Shown piece by piece: positions 47,601 through 60,629 of a stretch of 64,000 nucleotides of DNA (within the stretch, counting starts at the first letter, position 1; every line of letters begins with the position of its first letter). The notes under the pieces are model-generated. The model did no database searches and was not told the DNA's origin. It saw only the letters and a list, made by a program, of their open reading frames with translations. The translations under genes and the position numbers were made by a program. This DNA comes from Hemiscyllium ocellatum (lineage: Eukaryota). Where the stretch lies: the NCBI RefSeq assembly GCF_020745735.1, contig NC_083409.1:9971534-10035533 (forward strand), read 5' to 3'.

Positions 47601-48900
47601 TTGGGTCTGTTGTATAACTGACTCTATGACCCCATGCGTGTTGACCCCCATGCTCAATCAACCTTTTGAGATAAAATATTTCATGGCCAGAACTATCTAG
47701 AGTTTAATGTCTTTTTTTAAAAACAGTGCATTTCTACTGAAGTTGATCTGTTTATTTTGTATATGAAAAAGAAAGAGAATGGATCACTATGTTTTAAAGA
47801 GGAAATGGTGGCTGATGGTTGCATTTGACATAAAACCTGTATACTTTCTGCTGCAGAGTATTATATGCTCATCTATAATATGATCAGTTCAGTTGGGTGA
47901 GCTTTTGAGGGGGCCTGTAGAAAACGCCCAACAAAATGACTGCTCCTTTCCTGTTTTTCATTTCGACCCATACCTGACCCTGGCACCCGGGAGGCAACAT
48001 GCTCTTCAGGAGTTTCACTCACGACCGCAGAATCTCCTGTCTGCTCCTCTAACCATTGACTCTCCGATCAACATCACTCTCCAATTCTCTCCTCTTTCCT
48101 TCTGAGTCACAGAGCCAGGCTCTGTGTCAGAGACCTGGCCGCTGTGGCTTTCCCCTGATACGTTGACCCCCAACAATATCCAAAGCAGTAAACTTATTAT
48201 TGAAGGGAAAGGCCACAGAGGATTCCTACACTGTCTGCCTATTCCCTTTCCCTCTCCTGACAGTCACCCAGCCACCTTTATCCTTTAACTTAGGTGTAAC
48301 TACCTCCCTATAATTCCTCTCTATCACCCCCTCAGCCTGCCAAATGATCCAAAGTTCATCCAACCCCAGCTTCAGTTCCCTCACACCTTCTGTGAGGAAC
48401 TGGAGTCCAAAACATGTTAAAAGACATTTGAACAGGTACATAGAGAGGAAAGGTTTAGAGGGATATAGAACAAAAATAGGCAGGTGGTTCTGATTTAGTT
48501 GAGAAAACCAGGTTGGCATGGACGAATTTGGCCAAAGGGCAAGTTTCTATTCTGTGTGACTCAATGACTCTATGATTATGTAAACAGTGACCTCCTTCCC
48601 ATTGGAACCTTCAATAGAAAGCAGTAAACATCGGCCTCCTTCCCTGTGGACCCTCCAATCGAGACCAGTGCACATGGGCTTCCTTCCCACTGCACCCTCC
48701 AGTACCTAAGCTTCAAACCCCACGTCGTCTCCATCATGTAGGTCTCTTATTTCCATCTCCACAACATTGTCCAGCTCTGTGGTACCTCAGCTCCTTAAAC
48801 ACAGAGACCCTTATTCCTGCTTGTCCCACCTCCAAACTCCATGCTTCCAGCTTCCTCCAATGACTCTCCATAAATCCCAACTTGTTTGAAATGGAATGGT
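44690..48900. mobile_element. Nested CR1 and L2 LINE fragments (both strands)
   Basis: CR1 3' ends at about 45157-45430, 45670-46560 (-) and 46890-47630 (+); ORF1 fragment at about 47900-48400 (-); L2-like RT C-terminus at about 48600-48860. Confidence 0.65.
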
Positions 48901-49274
48901 TCTGTCCATGTTGATTATCAAGATGGAGATAGACACATTTTATATCTGTAATGATTTGAATGGTTATGGAAAGCGAGAGTGGTCAGAATTGGTTAACATG
49001 ATGATGGCTTCTGCAGTTGAATGCTGAAAATATGTTGCTGGAAAAGCGCAGCAGGTCAGGCAGCATCCAAGGAACAGGAAATTTGACGTTTCGGGCATAA
49101 GCCCTACATCAGGCTTATGCCCGAAACGTCGAATTTCCCGTTCCTTGGATGCTGCCTGACCTGCTGCGCTTTTCCAGCAACACATTTTCAGCTCTGATCT
49201 CCAGCATCTGCAGACCTCACTTTCTCCTTGTCCTGCTGACAGCCTGCAGCTTTCTCCACACAGAATGGGGAAGT

Positions 49275-49632
49275 AGGAATGTATTTTTGGGGTCCATAGA
49301 ACTATCCCACAGCAGGAAGTGTCTCTCAGGAGGGGAGAGGGTCCTGAGCTCCATTTCCCAGCCCAGGCAGTTTGTCTCCCAGTGAATGAATGTGATGCCA
49401 ATTTGGAACCCAGGTTAGGGGCAGTCACTGCTGTGGATCCAGGTCCAAAAGAGGCAATTGGAAATTAAGCTGGAAAGGAAAGATTTGCTTATAGGGAGAG
49501 AGAGAGGGACAGTGGGACTAATTGGGTCACTCAGAGGCACGACGAACTGAATGGCCACCTCCTGTGCTGTCAGATTCCAGCGAGTGCAGACAGTTCAGTT
49601 TTCTCCCGTCTCCGTAACAAACGTCCAGCTCC
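49275..49632 (-). repeat. Dispersed module, copy B (inverted)
   Basis: Reverse complement aligns with 5255-5580 and 52055-52425 (GTTTGTTAC.GAGACGGGAGAAAACTG...CCCAGGCAGTTTGTCTCCC). Confidence 0.8.
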
Positions 49633-50054
49633 TTGTTCAGTCTGCTCCTCCCTCACCACTGATCAAGCCATGTTACCTCCTGTCACACTGAGTGACATTG
49701 CAATCAATATCACAAGTGTCAGCGCCAGCAAACAACAGCATCACAGTCTGACACACTGGGATGATCATCACTGCCTGACATCAAAGAGTGGAGCTTGAAT
49801 CCCCTTCCCCCGATGCTCTCAAATCCTACAGCATCAAAAATATTCTGGCACTCAACCCCTTCTGTTAAAGACTGACCTTTCCAATTAAATGGGATTAGAT
49901 ATCTTTAACTAACCTTGTTTCATTTTTGAAAGACATCACTAATGTGGGAGATAAGGGAATCTTGATGGATGTTGCTCATATGAACTTCCAGAAAACATTT
50001 GAGAACATTACAATTAGGAATGATAACATTATTTTGGGAACAAATAGATAGCAG

Positions 50055-51440
50055 AATTAATAAATACAGAGTCATAGAGACAGACCCTTTGGTCCAACCT
50101 GTCCATACCGACCAGATATCCCAACCCAATCTAGTCCCACCTGCAAGCACCTGGCCCATATGCTTCCAAACCATTCATCCAGATGCCTTTTAAATGTTGC
50201 GATTGTACTAGCCTTTACCACTGCCTCTGGCAGCTCATTCCATACATGTACCACTCTCTGCTTGAAAAGGTTGCCCTTAGGTCCCTTTATATCTTTCTCC
50301 TCTCACCCTAAACCCAGGCCTCTAGCTCTGGACTCCTCCACCCCAGGGAAAAAAACTTTGTCGGTTTATCCAATCCATGCTCGTCATGATTTTATAAAAC
50401 TCTATAAGTTCACCCCTCGACCTCCGCCGCTCCAGAAAAAACAGCTCCAACCTATTCAACCTCCCTGTAGCTCAAATCCTCTATCCTTGTAAATGTTTTC
50501 TGAACCATTTAAAGTTGCACAACATCCTTCTGATAGGAAGGAGACCAGAATTGCACACAGCATTCCAAAAATGGCCTAACTAATGTCCTGTGCAGCTGCA
50601 ACATGATCTCCCAACTCCTGTACTCAATACTCTGACTAATAAAGGAAAGCATACCAAATGCCTCCTTCACTATTCTATCTAGCCTGCGACTCCACTTTCA
50701 AGGAGCTAAACCTGCACTCCAAGGTCTCTTTGTTCAGCAACACTCCCTAAGACCTTACTATTAAGTATTCTGGATCTTTGTATAGAAAGGAAGATTCAAA
50801 TACACTCCAATCATTTTGGGTTCATGAGGTCTAGAATGAGGGAGGAACTTGAGAAAATCAGTTTAATGAGTGAAGTTGTTTTGGGGAAATTATATAAATC
50901 CACAGGGAAGAATAATCTACATCCCAGAGTCCTTCAGAAGGTGCCAGAAAATTTTGGTGGTCATCTTCCAAGATTCTATTGGTTTTGGAACACTTAAAAC
51001 AGAGTGAAGAGTTACTAACGTAACATCACCATTTAAAAAGAGAGGGAAAGAGATAACTGGGAATTTTATATCAGTCAGCCTGACCCTGTTATTGGGCAAA
51101 ATACTTGAGTCCATGATCAAAGATTCAATAGCTGACTCCATGGAAAACGATGAGATGATTAGACAGTGTCAGCATGGACTGTCAAAAGGGAAATCTTGCA
51201 TAACAAATCGACTGGAAATGTTTGAGGATGTGATGAATGGATTTGCTAAGGGGGAGCCAGTGGATGTAACTTATTTGGACTTTCAAAAGGCTTTTGATAA
51301 ATCCCACAGAAAAGATTAGCAAATAAAAGTAAGGAACGTGGGATTGGAGGCAGTGCACTGACATGGATAGGAAACTGGTTGGCAGATAGGAAATAAAGAG
51401 TAGGAATAAATGGGCCTTTTTCTGAAAAGGTATCATGAAT
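50055..51440. mobile_element. CR1 fragments (3' end on - at 50055-50770; RT on + at 50820-51440)
   Basis: QHGLSKGKSCITNRLEMFEDV...YLDFQKAFDK; typical CR1 3' UTR. Confidence 0.75.
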
Positions 51441-51489
51441 GAGGTGATTCTGAGGAGACTACAGAAAGAGGGAGGGTGGAGGACAGAGA

Positions 51490-52500
51490 GCATGCTTAAG
51501 AACAAGGATCAGAGTTTGAATATTGAAGTATTGCTGACCGGAGGTCAATGTCAGTCAGTGAGCACAGGGGAAATGGGGGAATGGGACTTGGTGCAACTTC
51601 AGATACACTCAGCAGAGTTTGGGATGAGCTGACATTTATGGAGGGGATTGGCTGTGATGTGGGCCAGGTTAACATTGGAATGATCATGTTTCAAGTTCCA
51701 AAGACATGACGAGGTTTTCAGTGGCTTATCTTTGTGATGTGGGCCACAGATCAACCTCAAAGATGAGGCCAAAGTTGTAAAGACATGGCTGAGCAGTAGA
51801 CATTGCTCAGGGAGAGGGATAGAGTTTGTATCATGAGCTGAAGAGGATGGGTGTGACCTTCCGAATATGTTTCCCAGTGAGCCTGGCTCCTCAGTCCTGA
51901 CTGCTCTTAGCTGCTGTGATTGTCACTGACTGGACACTTATTATTAGAGATTCTGACCACAGCAGAAAGCCCCAGTGTAAAAAATAATTGCAAAGACTGT
52001 CAGATCGCAAGGTTGAAACTTCATCAAGAGAGGAAGTGAAAGAAGGAGTTCAAAGCAGCTGGATGTTTGTTACTGAGACGGGAGAAATCTGTGAACTATC
52101 TGTACTCCCTGGAATCTTACAGCACAGGAGGAGGCCATTCAGCCCATTGAGTCTGTGAGTGACCCAATTAGTCCCACTGCTGCTCGCTTTCCCCATAACT
52201 CAGCAAATCTTTCCTTTTCAGATCGATCTCCAATTGCCTCTTGTAGACTTGGGTCCACAGCAGACACTGCCCCGAACCTGGGCTCCAAACTGGCATCTCA
52301 TTCATTGTTGGGAGACAACCTGCCCGGGCTGGGAAATGGGGCTCAGGACACTGAACATTCCTTCTCCCCTCCTGAGGGACACTTATACTAGGGGACAGCT
52401 CTGTGAGCACAAACAGTACATTCCGACCTCATCAACTTTCCCGTTCAATATGTGGAAGGCTGGACCATGTCAGCAGGGCATTCAATGACAGGAGCCATCA
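51490..52500 (+). repeat. Dispersed module, copy C
   Basis: Homologous to 4660-5580 plus 7765-7880. Confidence 0.85.
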
Positions 52501-53219
52501 TCACTCTGTAACATCTGTCCCAATGTTTTAAAACTTGCTTCATGGCGCAAGTCAGGAGTGTCGTGGAATATTCCCCACTTGCCTGGTTGGTACAACTCTA
52601 ACAACACTTATGAAGCTTAATCCAGGACAAAGCAGCCTGCTTGATTGGCACCACATGTACAAACATCTACTCCCTTCACCACTGACGCTCAGTCGCAACA
52701 CTGTTTCATATCTACAAGACACATTGTGCAAATTCATCAACGTTCCGCAGACAGCACCTTACAAACCCATGACCACTTCCATCTAGAAGGTCAAGGGCCA
52801 CAGATGCATGGGAGCACCACCCCTTGCAAATTCTATCCTGACTTGGATACATGTTGTTCCTTCGCTGTGGCTTGGTCAAAATCCTGGAAATCCCTCCTTA
52901 AGGGCATTGTGGACCTCCCCACAGCACATGGATTGCGTCAGTTCAAGGAGGCAGCTCATCACCACTTTCTCAAGGGTAACTAAGGATAAGCAATAAAGAC
53001 TGGCTCAGACATTGACACCCACATACTGTGAATGAATTTAAATAATTTATTAAAACACAGCAGCTTGATTAGGAAATGGAGTTCAAGGTTTCCCTGCCAT
53101 CCTGAGATCCATGTTTTCCAGTGTATGTTGGATGTTCATTGAGAAGGAGATCCATGTTTACCAGTATGTATTGGAGGGTCATATGGGAAGGAGATCCAGA
53201 TTTACTGGTCATTATTGTA

Positions 53220-54460
53220 GAATTTAGAAAAGCATGGCCTTATCAAGGACAGTATTTGGAAAAGCATGGACTAATTAGGGGGAGTCAGCGTGGCTTTGTG
53301 CAGGGCACGTCATGTCTTACTATGTTGGTTGCATTTTTCAAGGAGGTGACAAAGGTGATCGATGAGGGTAGAGCAGTGAATGTTGATGACATGGACTTAG
53401 TAAGGCTTTCAACAAGGTACCTCATGGTAAACTCCTCCAGAAAATTAAGATGCGTGGGATCCATGGTGACTTAGCCAAGTGGATTCAGAATTGGCTTGCC
53501 CGTAGAAAGCAGAGGGTAGTGGTTGAAGGGTGTTTTTCTGGCTGGAGGTCTATGACTAGTAGTGTCCCACAGGGATATGTAATGGAACCTCTGCTGTTTG
53601 TGATACATATACATGATTTAGAAGGAAATGTAGATCAGTGGGTGAGTATGTTTGCAGATGACACACAGATTAATGGAGTTTTGGATAGTGTAGAAAGCTA
53701 TCAAAGGATACAGTGAGATATCGACCAGTTGCAGATGGTAGATGGAGTTTAATCCAGGTAAGTATGAGATGTCGCACTTTGGGAGATTAAATGTTCAAGA
53801 AAATAATCGTTAATGGCAGGACCCTGAACAGCACTGAAGTACAGAGAAATGTTCAAGTCCATAGCTCCCTGAAAGTAGACACGCAGGTATATAAGGTGGT
53901 AAAGAAGACATATGGCATTGTTGATTTCATTGGTCAGGAAATTGAGTGCAAGAGTCAGGATGCCATGTTGCAGCTTCATATGACTTTTGTTAGGCCACAC
54001 TGAAGTATTGGTGTTCAATTCTGGAAGGATGAGGAAGGCTTTGGAGAGGGTGCAGAAGAGGTTTACCAGGATGCTGCCTGGATGAGAGGGTATGAGCTAT
54101 AAGGAGAGGCTAGAAAAACTCAGGTGTTTTCTCTGGACTGGTGGAGGCTGAGGGGAGATTTGAAAGAAGTCTATAAAATTATGAGATGCATAGACAGGGT
54201 TGATGGTCAAAATCTCTTTCTCAGACTGTATATGTCTCATATGAGGGAGCATGCAGTTAAGGTGAGAAGGGGAAAGTTCAAAGAAGGTGTGAGGGGCAAG
54301 TATTTTACAGAGAATGATAGGAGTCTGGATTGCACTGTCAGGTTTAGTGGTGGAGGCAGATATTATAGCAGCATTGAAGGGACTTTTAGATAAGCACATG
54401 AATATGCAAGGAATGGAAGGATATGGACCAAGGGCAGGGGAGAGGGATTAGTTTAATTTG
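53220..54460 (+). mobile_element. CR1 ORF2 RT to 3' end, degenerate
   Basis: SQRGFVQGTSCLT, SSVPQGYVMEPLLF, MFADDTQI and FVRPH. Confidence 0.82.
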
Positions 54461-55239
54461 GTGCCATGTTCTAAAAACATCTATAATCCAAGAGTAGCTC
54501 AGTGGTGAGCAAATATTGTTTCGGTCTGTTATCGTAGTCAAATTAAAATTAAAGCATAATATATTTCTGATATTCTTGCATTACTTTGGTATAATATTAT
54601 AACAACCCTGCAGTGCACATAGAAGCCATTTAGCCCATTGACACTGCAGAAAGGGTCATAACAGAAAAGAATTGTGCATATGAATTGGACAGAGATTGGT
54701 GTGCTTAGAAATGCTGACTTTGTGGATGACCTTTTACTAGGTTATGTAATTCCAGTCAATATTTACAAGGTTATATGAAAACCGTCAGCCGATTGTTTCA
54801 AAAGCGAGTGAAATATATTCCTACCTACTGTTGCAGTGTTGTAGTTTGTGAATGTGGATTAATTTTGCATCTGTCACTGATTATGTTTGAGACACATTCT
54901 GAACCTGTTAATTCTGATTATTGTATGTGAGTGTGAACACATTACCAGTGCAACCAAAGGTGTATTGACTTTTCTGGCAAAGTAAGCATTTTGTCATATT
55001 CAGATGTACGTTTCATTTTGTTACACTTTGAAAGATAGGTTACATTTTTGTGTTTGTGGAATGAGAGCATCACTTCCCCAGCACACTCATATTGCCCATA
55101 TGAGGGGGGGGGGGGGGGGGGGGGGGAGAGGAATCTTTTCGGCATTGGTGTTGGTGTTGTCATTACCCTGCTGTCCTTGTCTTTCCCAATGGCAGATGGG
55201 ATTGAAAGGTGCTGTTAGAGGAGGTTTGGTGAGTTAAAA

Positions 55240-56080
55240 CAGGGAGCTGGGGGTGGGGACAATGGGGAGCTGGGAATGGGGTTCATGGGGACCGGGGAAA
55301 AGGATTCACAAGGAGCTGGGGCTGTGGTTGAATGGAAAATAGGGGTGGGGTTGGCAGGGCGCTGGCGATAGGGTTCACAGGGAGTTGGGGGTGGGGATAG
55401 CAGAGAACCAGGGATGGGGGTTCATGGGTAGTTGGGTGTGGGGATTGTGGGGAGCTGGGTGTGGGGATCTGGGAGTGGGGACCATGGACTGGGACTGGGG
55501 TTCATGAGTAGCTTGGTGTGGGGATCATGTGGTGGGGGGGATGCTGGGACTGGGGTTCATGGGGGACGATGGATGGGTTACAGCGAGCTGGTGTGGGATT
55601 CGTGGGTACTGGGAAAGAGGTTCACAGGGAGCTGGGGCTGTAGTTCACAGGGAGCTGGGGCTGTGGTTCAGAGGAAGCTGTGGCTGGGGATCATAGCGAG
55701 CTGGAAATGGGGTTCACATGGAGCTGGGGGTGGGGATAGCAGAGAACTGGTGATGGGGTACATGGGGAGCTGGATGTAGGAATCGTGAGGAGTTGGGTGT
55801 GAGGATCGTGGGGAGCTAGCAGTGGGGTTCATGGGTAGCTGGGTTTGGGGATTGTGGGAACCTGGGAGTGGAGGGTAGCTGGGTTTAGGGATCACACAGT
55901 TGGGAATGGGGTTCATGGGGAGCTCTGTGTGGGGAGCTGGGAATGGGGATCATGCGGAGTCTGGTGTGAGGATCGTGGGGAGCTGGCAGTGGAGTTCATG
56001 GATAGCTCTGTGTGGGGAGCTGGGAGTGGTGTTCATGGGTAGCTGGCAGTGGGGTTCATGAGTAGCTGGGTGTGGGGATC
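55240..56080 (+). repeat. G-rich degenerate minisatellite (~22-23-nt unit GGGGAGCTGGGAATGGGGTTCAT)
   Basis: Repeating GAGCT/TAGCT and GGGGT/GGGGA blocks with strong G skew on the + strand. Confidence 0.88.
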
Positions 56081-56508
56081 GAAGATGAATTTTTCCAAAG
56101 AGCAAATCACAGTCTCATGACCTCTCGGAATTAGTTAAAGAAAATGGTGATGTTGTTTCAGCTGTAAGTTCAGAAGCCTTCAAACCAACTTGGCCACAAG
56201 AAGGCAACACAAATAGTGTGATAATGAGCAAGGATTGCTGCTCGATGGATAAATATAAGCCCACGGGTAAAAAGGAGCACTCCTCAACACTCCTTCTATT
56301 TTGAACTTGGGAGATATTCCAACACATGAGTTTTAAAAATAAAGAGAAACGTAACAAGAGACAGTTAATCAGAAAGCTTCCCACTGTGATCTGGAGTCAG
56401 GCCGGGCTGCTCACTCTCTCCTGCCTTGTTTGTGTGTTGCATAGAGCTTTTTGCTGTGTCCTTCAGGAAGAACGCGAGCCTGAGGGCTGACTATTCCAGG
56501 CAGTGTAG

Positions 56509-56808
56509 GTGGCATGGTGGCTGAGTGGTTAGCACTGCTGCCTCACAGCATCAGGGTCCCAGGTTTGATTCCAGCCTCGTGCGACTGTCTGTGTGGTGTT
56601 TGCGCATTCTCCCCGTGTCTGCGTGGATTCCCTGTGGGTGCTCCGGTTTCCTCCCACAGTCCAAAGATGTGCAGGTCAGGTGAATTGGCCATGTTAAATT
56701 GCCCATAGTGCTTGGTGTATCTATCAGAGGGAAATGGGTCTGTGTGGGTTATTCTTTGGAGGGTTGGTTGGGCCGATAGGCCTGTTTCCACACTGTAGGG
56801 AATCTAAT
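56509..56808 (+). mobile_element. HE1/V-SINE-like SINE
   Basis: Same head, body and tail as the copies at 940 and 3509. Confidence 0.85.
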
Positions 56809-56959
56809 GCTACAGGTCAAAGCCTCTCTGTTATGCATAATGTCACCATGTTCTACTCAGATCTGCCATCAGTCCACAGGCCCATGAACATTGCCAAAGT
56901 GAAGCAGAAACAGGGAACACTGCTCCCTCTCCACTGAGGATAAAAACCAAGTCATCAGG

Positions 56960-58250
56960 TGTGAAGTATTCTCTGTGTTGCACATTTTGCAAGTCTAGCT
57001 CATTCCCTGAAACTGCAGTCACCTCATCCATCTTCCATTTCATTTGGAGGTCTAAGATGGACTGTGTCCTCAGGGATACCATGTACATAATTCTGGATAA
57101 GATGGGGAAAATATACCCAGTTCTGCCTGCATCCCGAGGGCCACCTTTTGTATGCAGCTGCATCATGCTGCACAAGGACCCTCACTTTGTAAACACCAAG
57201 TGTCGCTACGTACTGAGGTTCTACCTCTCAATGGTGTTTCAAAGAATGGGACTGATCACATTGCTGCAAGGTGCTCCAACTAGTTGGACTGTACTGTATC
57301 ACTCGTCTTTCATGGAGAAATTTGCAAAGAAAGCCACCTTTGACCACAAGTCCATCAGGAAGTGGTCAGCACATAGTGTCTTTGAGACCCTGTGGTAATC
57401 GGTAAGAGTGAATCCTGCCATGCGGTTCCCTGAGCCGACTGTCAGTCATTTGGCAGAATGCCTCATCACCAGAGCTTTCCAACAAGGACCAAGACATCAC
57501 TTGGCTGATGGTGACAAGAATACTACCTGTGAGTTTCTTCCTGTACACCCAGTCCGTCTATGCCATTGCATGTTGACCTTGAAGCAGCTGTGGAGGGATG
57601 GGACTGTCACACATCTCGTGCTGGAATGTGCCTTTCCAATGGAAGTGTGAAGAAAGATGCATAGTTTTTTGTCAAGGTTCATCCCAAGCAGCTCCATGAT
57701 GCAGGACTCTGTGCTCCATGATCTGTTCCTAGGAGCACACTGAGACACACAACGACTGCGCCTGAATGATCAGTGAAAGACATGACATGGAGATGCCGGT
57801 GTTGGACTGGGCTGGACAAAGTCAAAAGCAGGGTTTATTTGAAATCAAGTGTTTGGAGCAGTGCTCCTTCATCAGATGAAGTGAAAGAAGCTCTTTGGTA
57901 TGCCTAAAACTTGTTGGACTTTAAGGACAAGGAATTGCGTCCGACCAAAAGGTGCATGCTAGCAGTTTCTGAGGTCCAGAACTGCTTGCTGAGGCATACA
58001 CTGAAGCCTGGAACAGCTGCTGCCAAGGCACAGTGGGGAAAGACGTCCTTCTGCTGAAGTTAAGTTGGGGTCCGTTTAGTTATTGCACCTTCCCAGTGCG
58101 TCAAATGCATGTTAATATAGTCTTCTCCAATAAAAAATGCCTTTAGTTTGTTTGCAGAGAATTGAATTCCAATGTGTTTTGCTTGATATGCTACTGCATT
58201 TGTGAATGTGTGTGCAAACAAGGTTTTTATGAATAAAGTATATTTTTAAA
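56960..58250 (+). mobile_element. Tx1/L1-clade LINE 3' fragment
   Basis: IFHFIWRSKMD...FVCSCI...TKCRYVLRFYLS and C-terminal zinc knuckle C...GTVTHLVLEC; ends AATAAAGTATATTTTTAAAA. Confidence 0.7.
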
Positions 58251-59329
58251 ATGTAAAAAGTGATATTTGTTAAAAATGATTTGGCGTGAGATGGCAGCGA
58301 TTTCCCTTTACATAGTGAGGTGTTGTCAGCTGGAATCTTCAACCTAATGGGACAATAGCAGATACAATCATCACATCGCTTTCAAGTGCAGAAGGAGAGT
58401 GGAGAGTGCATAAATAACACAAAGATGTTTGGACAGTGGGGGAGGGAGACAGTGCTAAGGTGGATTTTTTAAATTGTCAGTGCTTTGGAAGAACATGCAA
58501 CCACTTCATGTTGCTATCGTCCCAGTCCTCAGAGAATGATCATCACTTTTAATAAAGTGGAGGATTCCTTCCAACCTTCCTCAGTTGATTAGTTGCACAA
58601 GTTATTTTCCCTGCTGATAATGGAATACAGGTTTATTCCTGATGACAGCTTCTATTGATGTATGCTCATCAACGGCCCATTTAACTAATGTGAACATAAC
58701 TTAGTGATTGCCGTGTGCAATTAATTATTAACTTGGAAATAATTCCAGACTTTATATAAGAAGCAGCCATACACCTGTGATCTCATTGTACTTCGGAGGA
58801 CCACATTGAAAGGTGTGGAAGTGACTTATCTCCAATCATAATTGAAAGGAACATTGAACACCACATAACTTGACATTCGCAAGTGTGTTGGGTGCTGGTG
58901 ATGTAGCAGTAACTTCATTGAGCCAGTCATCCGAAATCTATGTTTTGATTTTAAGAAACTATCTTAATGGCAACATCTTCCCTGTGGTAGATTGAATCAA
59001 ACTTACTGTTCATAATCTTCTTTGCCAGTAGCATGACTCGCTCTGGAGCAGAACGCATAAACATTATCTCCATCATGTTCACAGGACTGTCGTCTTTTCG
59101 GATGGGACACCTTAACCTTTCCTTGACTCCATGTAGAGTGAATGGAATTGGCTAAAGTCTGATATCTCTGATATCCAGGACCACTGGAGAAGACAAGATG
59201 CACCATCCACCTGGCTGAAAATGAGTATGAATGTTTAAAATGTGTCCTTTGCACTGGGTGCTGATCTCCTCGCTGTTGAGAAGTGTGGAAAATTATGGAG
59301 CAGTGTAATTGCCTACTGCCAGAGTGTGC

Positions 59330-60210
59330 GCAGAATCATAGGTGTATATAGCATGTAAGCAGACCCTTTGGTCCAACTTGTCCATGCCGACAAGTTAACC
59401 GAGATTAGCCTAGTCTCATTTGCCAGTATTTGGCTCATATCCCTCTAAACCCTTCCTATTCATATCCCTATTCAGATGCTGTTTAAATGTAATTGTACCA
59501 GCCTCCACCCCTGCCTCTGGCAGCTTATTACATACACGCACCACCCTCTGCAAGAAAATATTGCCCCTTATATCCACTAGAAATCTTTCCCCTCAACCTA
59601 AAACATATGCCCTCTAGTTTTGGACTCCCCTAACCTTAGCTATTCACTTTAAGCATGCCCCTCATGATTGGTCACCCCTCAGCCTCCGATGCTCCAAGGA
59701 AAATAAAACTCAGCCTATTCAGCCGTTTCTTATAGTTCCAACCTCCAATGCTGGCAATATCCTTTTAACTCTTTTCTGCGCTTTTTTTATGTTGAACAAA
59801 GTCTTTCCTATGGCAGAGAGACCAAAATTAAATGCAGTTTTCTAAAAGTGGCTTTACCAAATTTCGATACAACCTCAACATGGCATTTCAACTCCGAAAC
59901 TGAATCCAATGACAAAAGAAGGCAAGTGTGCCTAATGCCTTCTTTGCTATCCTGTCTACCTGTGATTCCATTTCAAGGAATGATGAACCTGCACTCCGAG
60001 GTCTCTTTGTTCAGCAGCACCACCCAGGACCTACCATTAAGTGTATAAGTCCCTGTCTGATTTGTCTTTCCAAAATGCAACACCTCACATTTATCTATAT
60101 TAAACTCATCTGCCATTCTTTGACCAATCTGATCGAAGTCCCATTGTACTCTGAGATAACCTTCTTCACTGTCCACTGTACTATCAACTCTGGTGTCATC
60201 TGCAAACCAT
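59330..60210 (-). mobile_element. CR1 3' fragment
   Basis: EFNIDKCEVLHFGKTN on the minus strand plus a CR1 3' UTR. Confidence 0.75.
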
Positions 60211-60629
60211 TTGAAATCTGTTGAAGAGCTAATCTTCTATCGGTGGGTTTGAGCAGTTCTTGCTGCTATGTAGCTACATATACTGCTGGGCAGGCACTTT
60301 GTCCTGTTGGATCATTGTCGGGTAAATCTCACATTTACACGTGAGCCTCCTGCTGTTTCTGCTCTGCCATCCAGCATGCTGCATTGATTCAGCATTGATC
60401 TGCTGACTTGGTGCTCATATTAGAATGTGGAATATGTCATGATATGGATTTACAAGTGGTGATTGTGTAGGATTCTGCTTCTACTAATGTCCTACACTGC
60501 TCACATAATCTTTACAGAATCTGCCATATTCAGCTCTTTGGTGTGAAATGTTCAGATTCTTCCTTCAACCTTATCAGATTCTTCAGATGCTAAATGGATA
60601 GCTCATCAGGCTAAATGTTCAGATTCTTC

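Noticed and set aside
55432-56042. Gly/Trp-rich ORFs
   Set aside because: Translations of the G-rich minisatellite.
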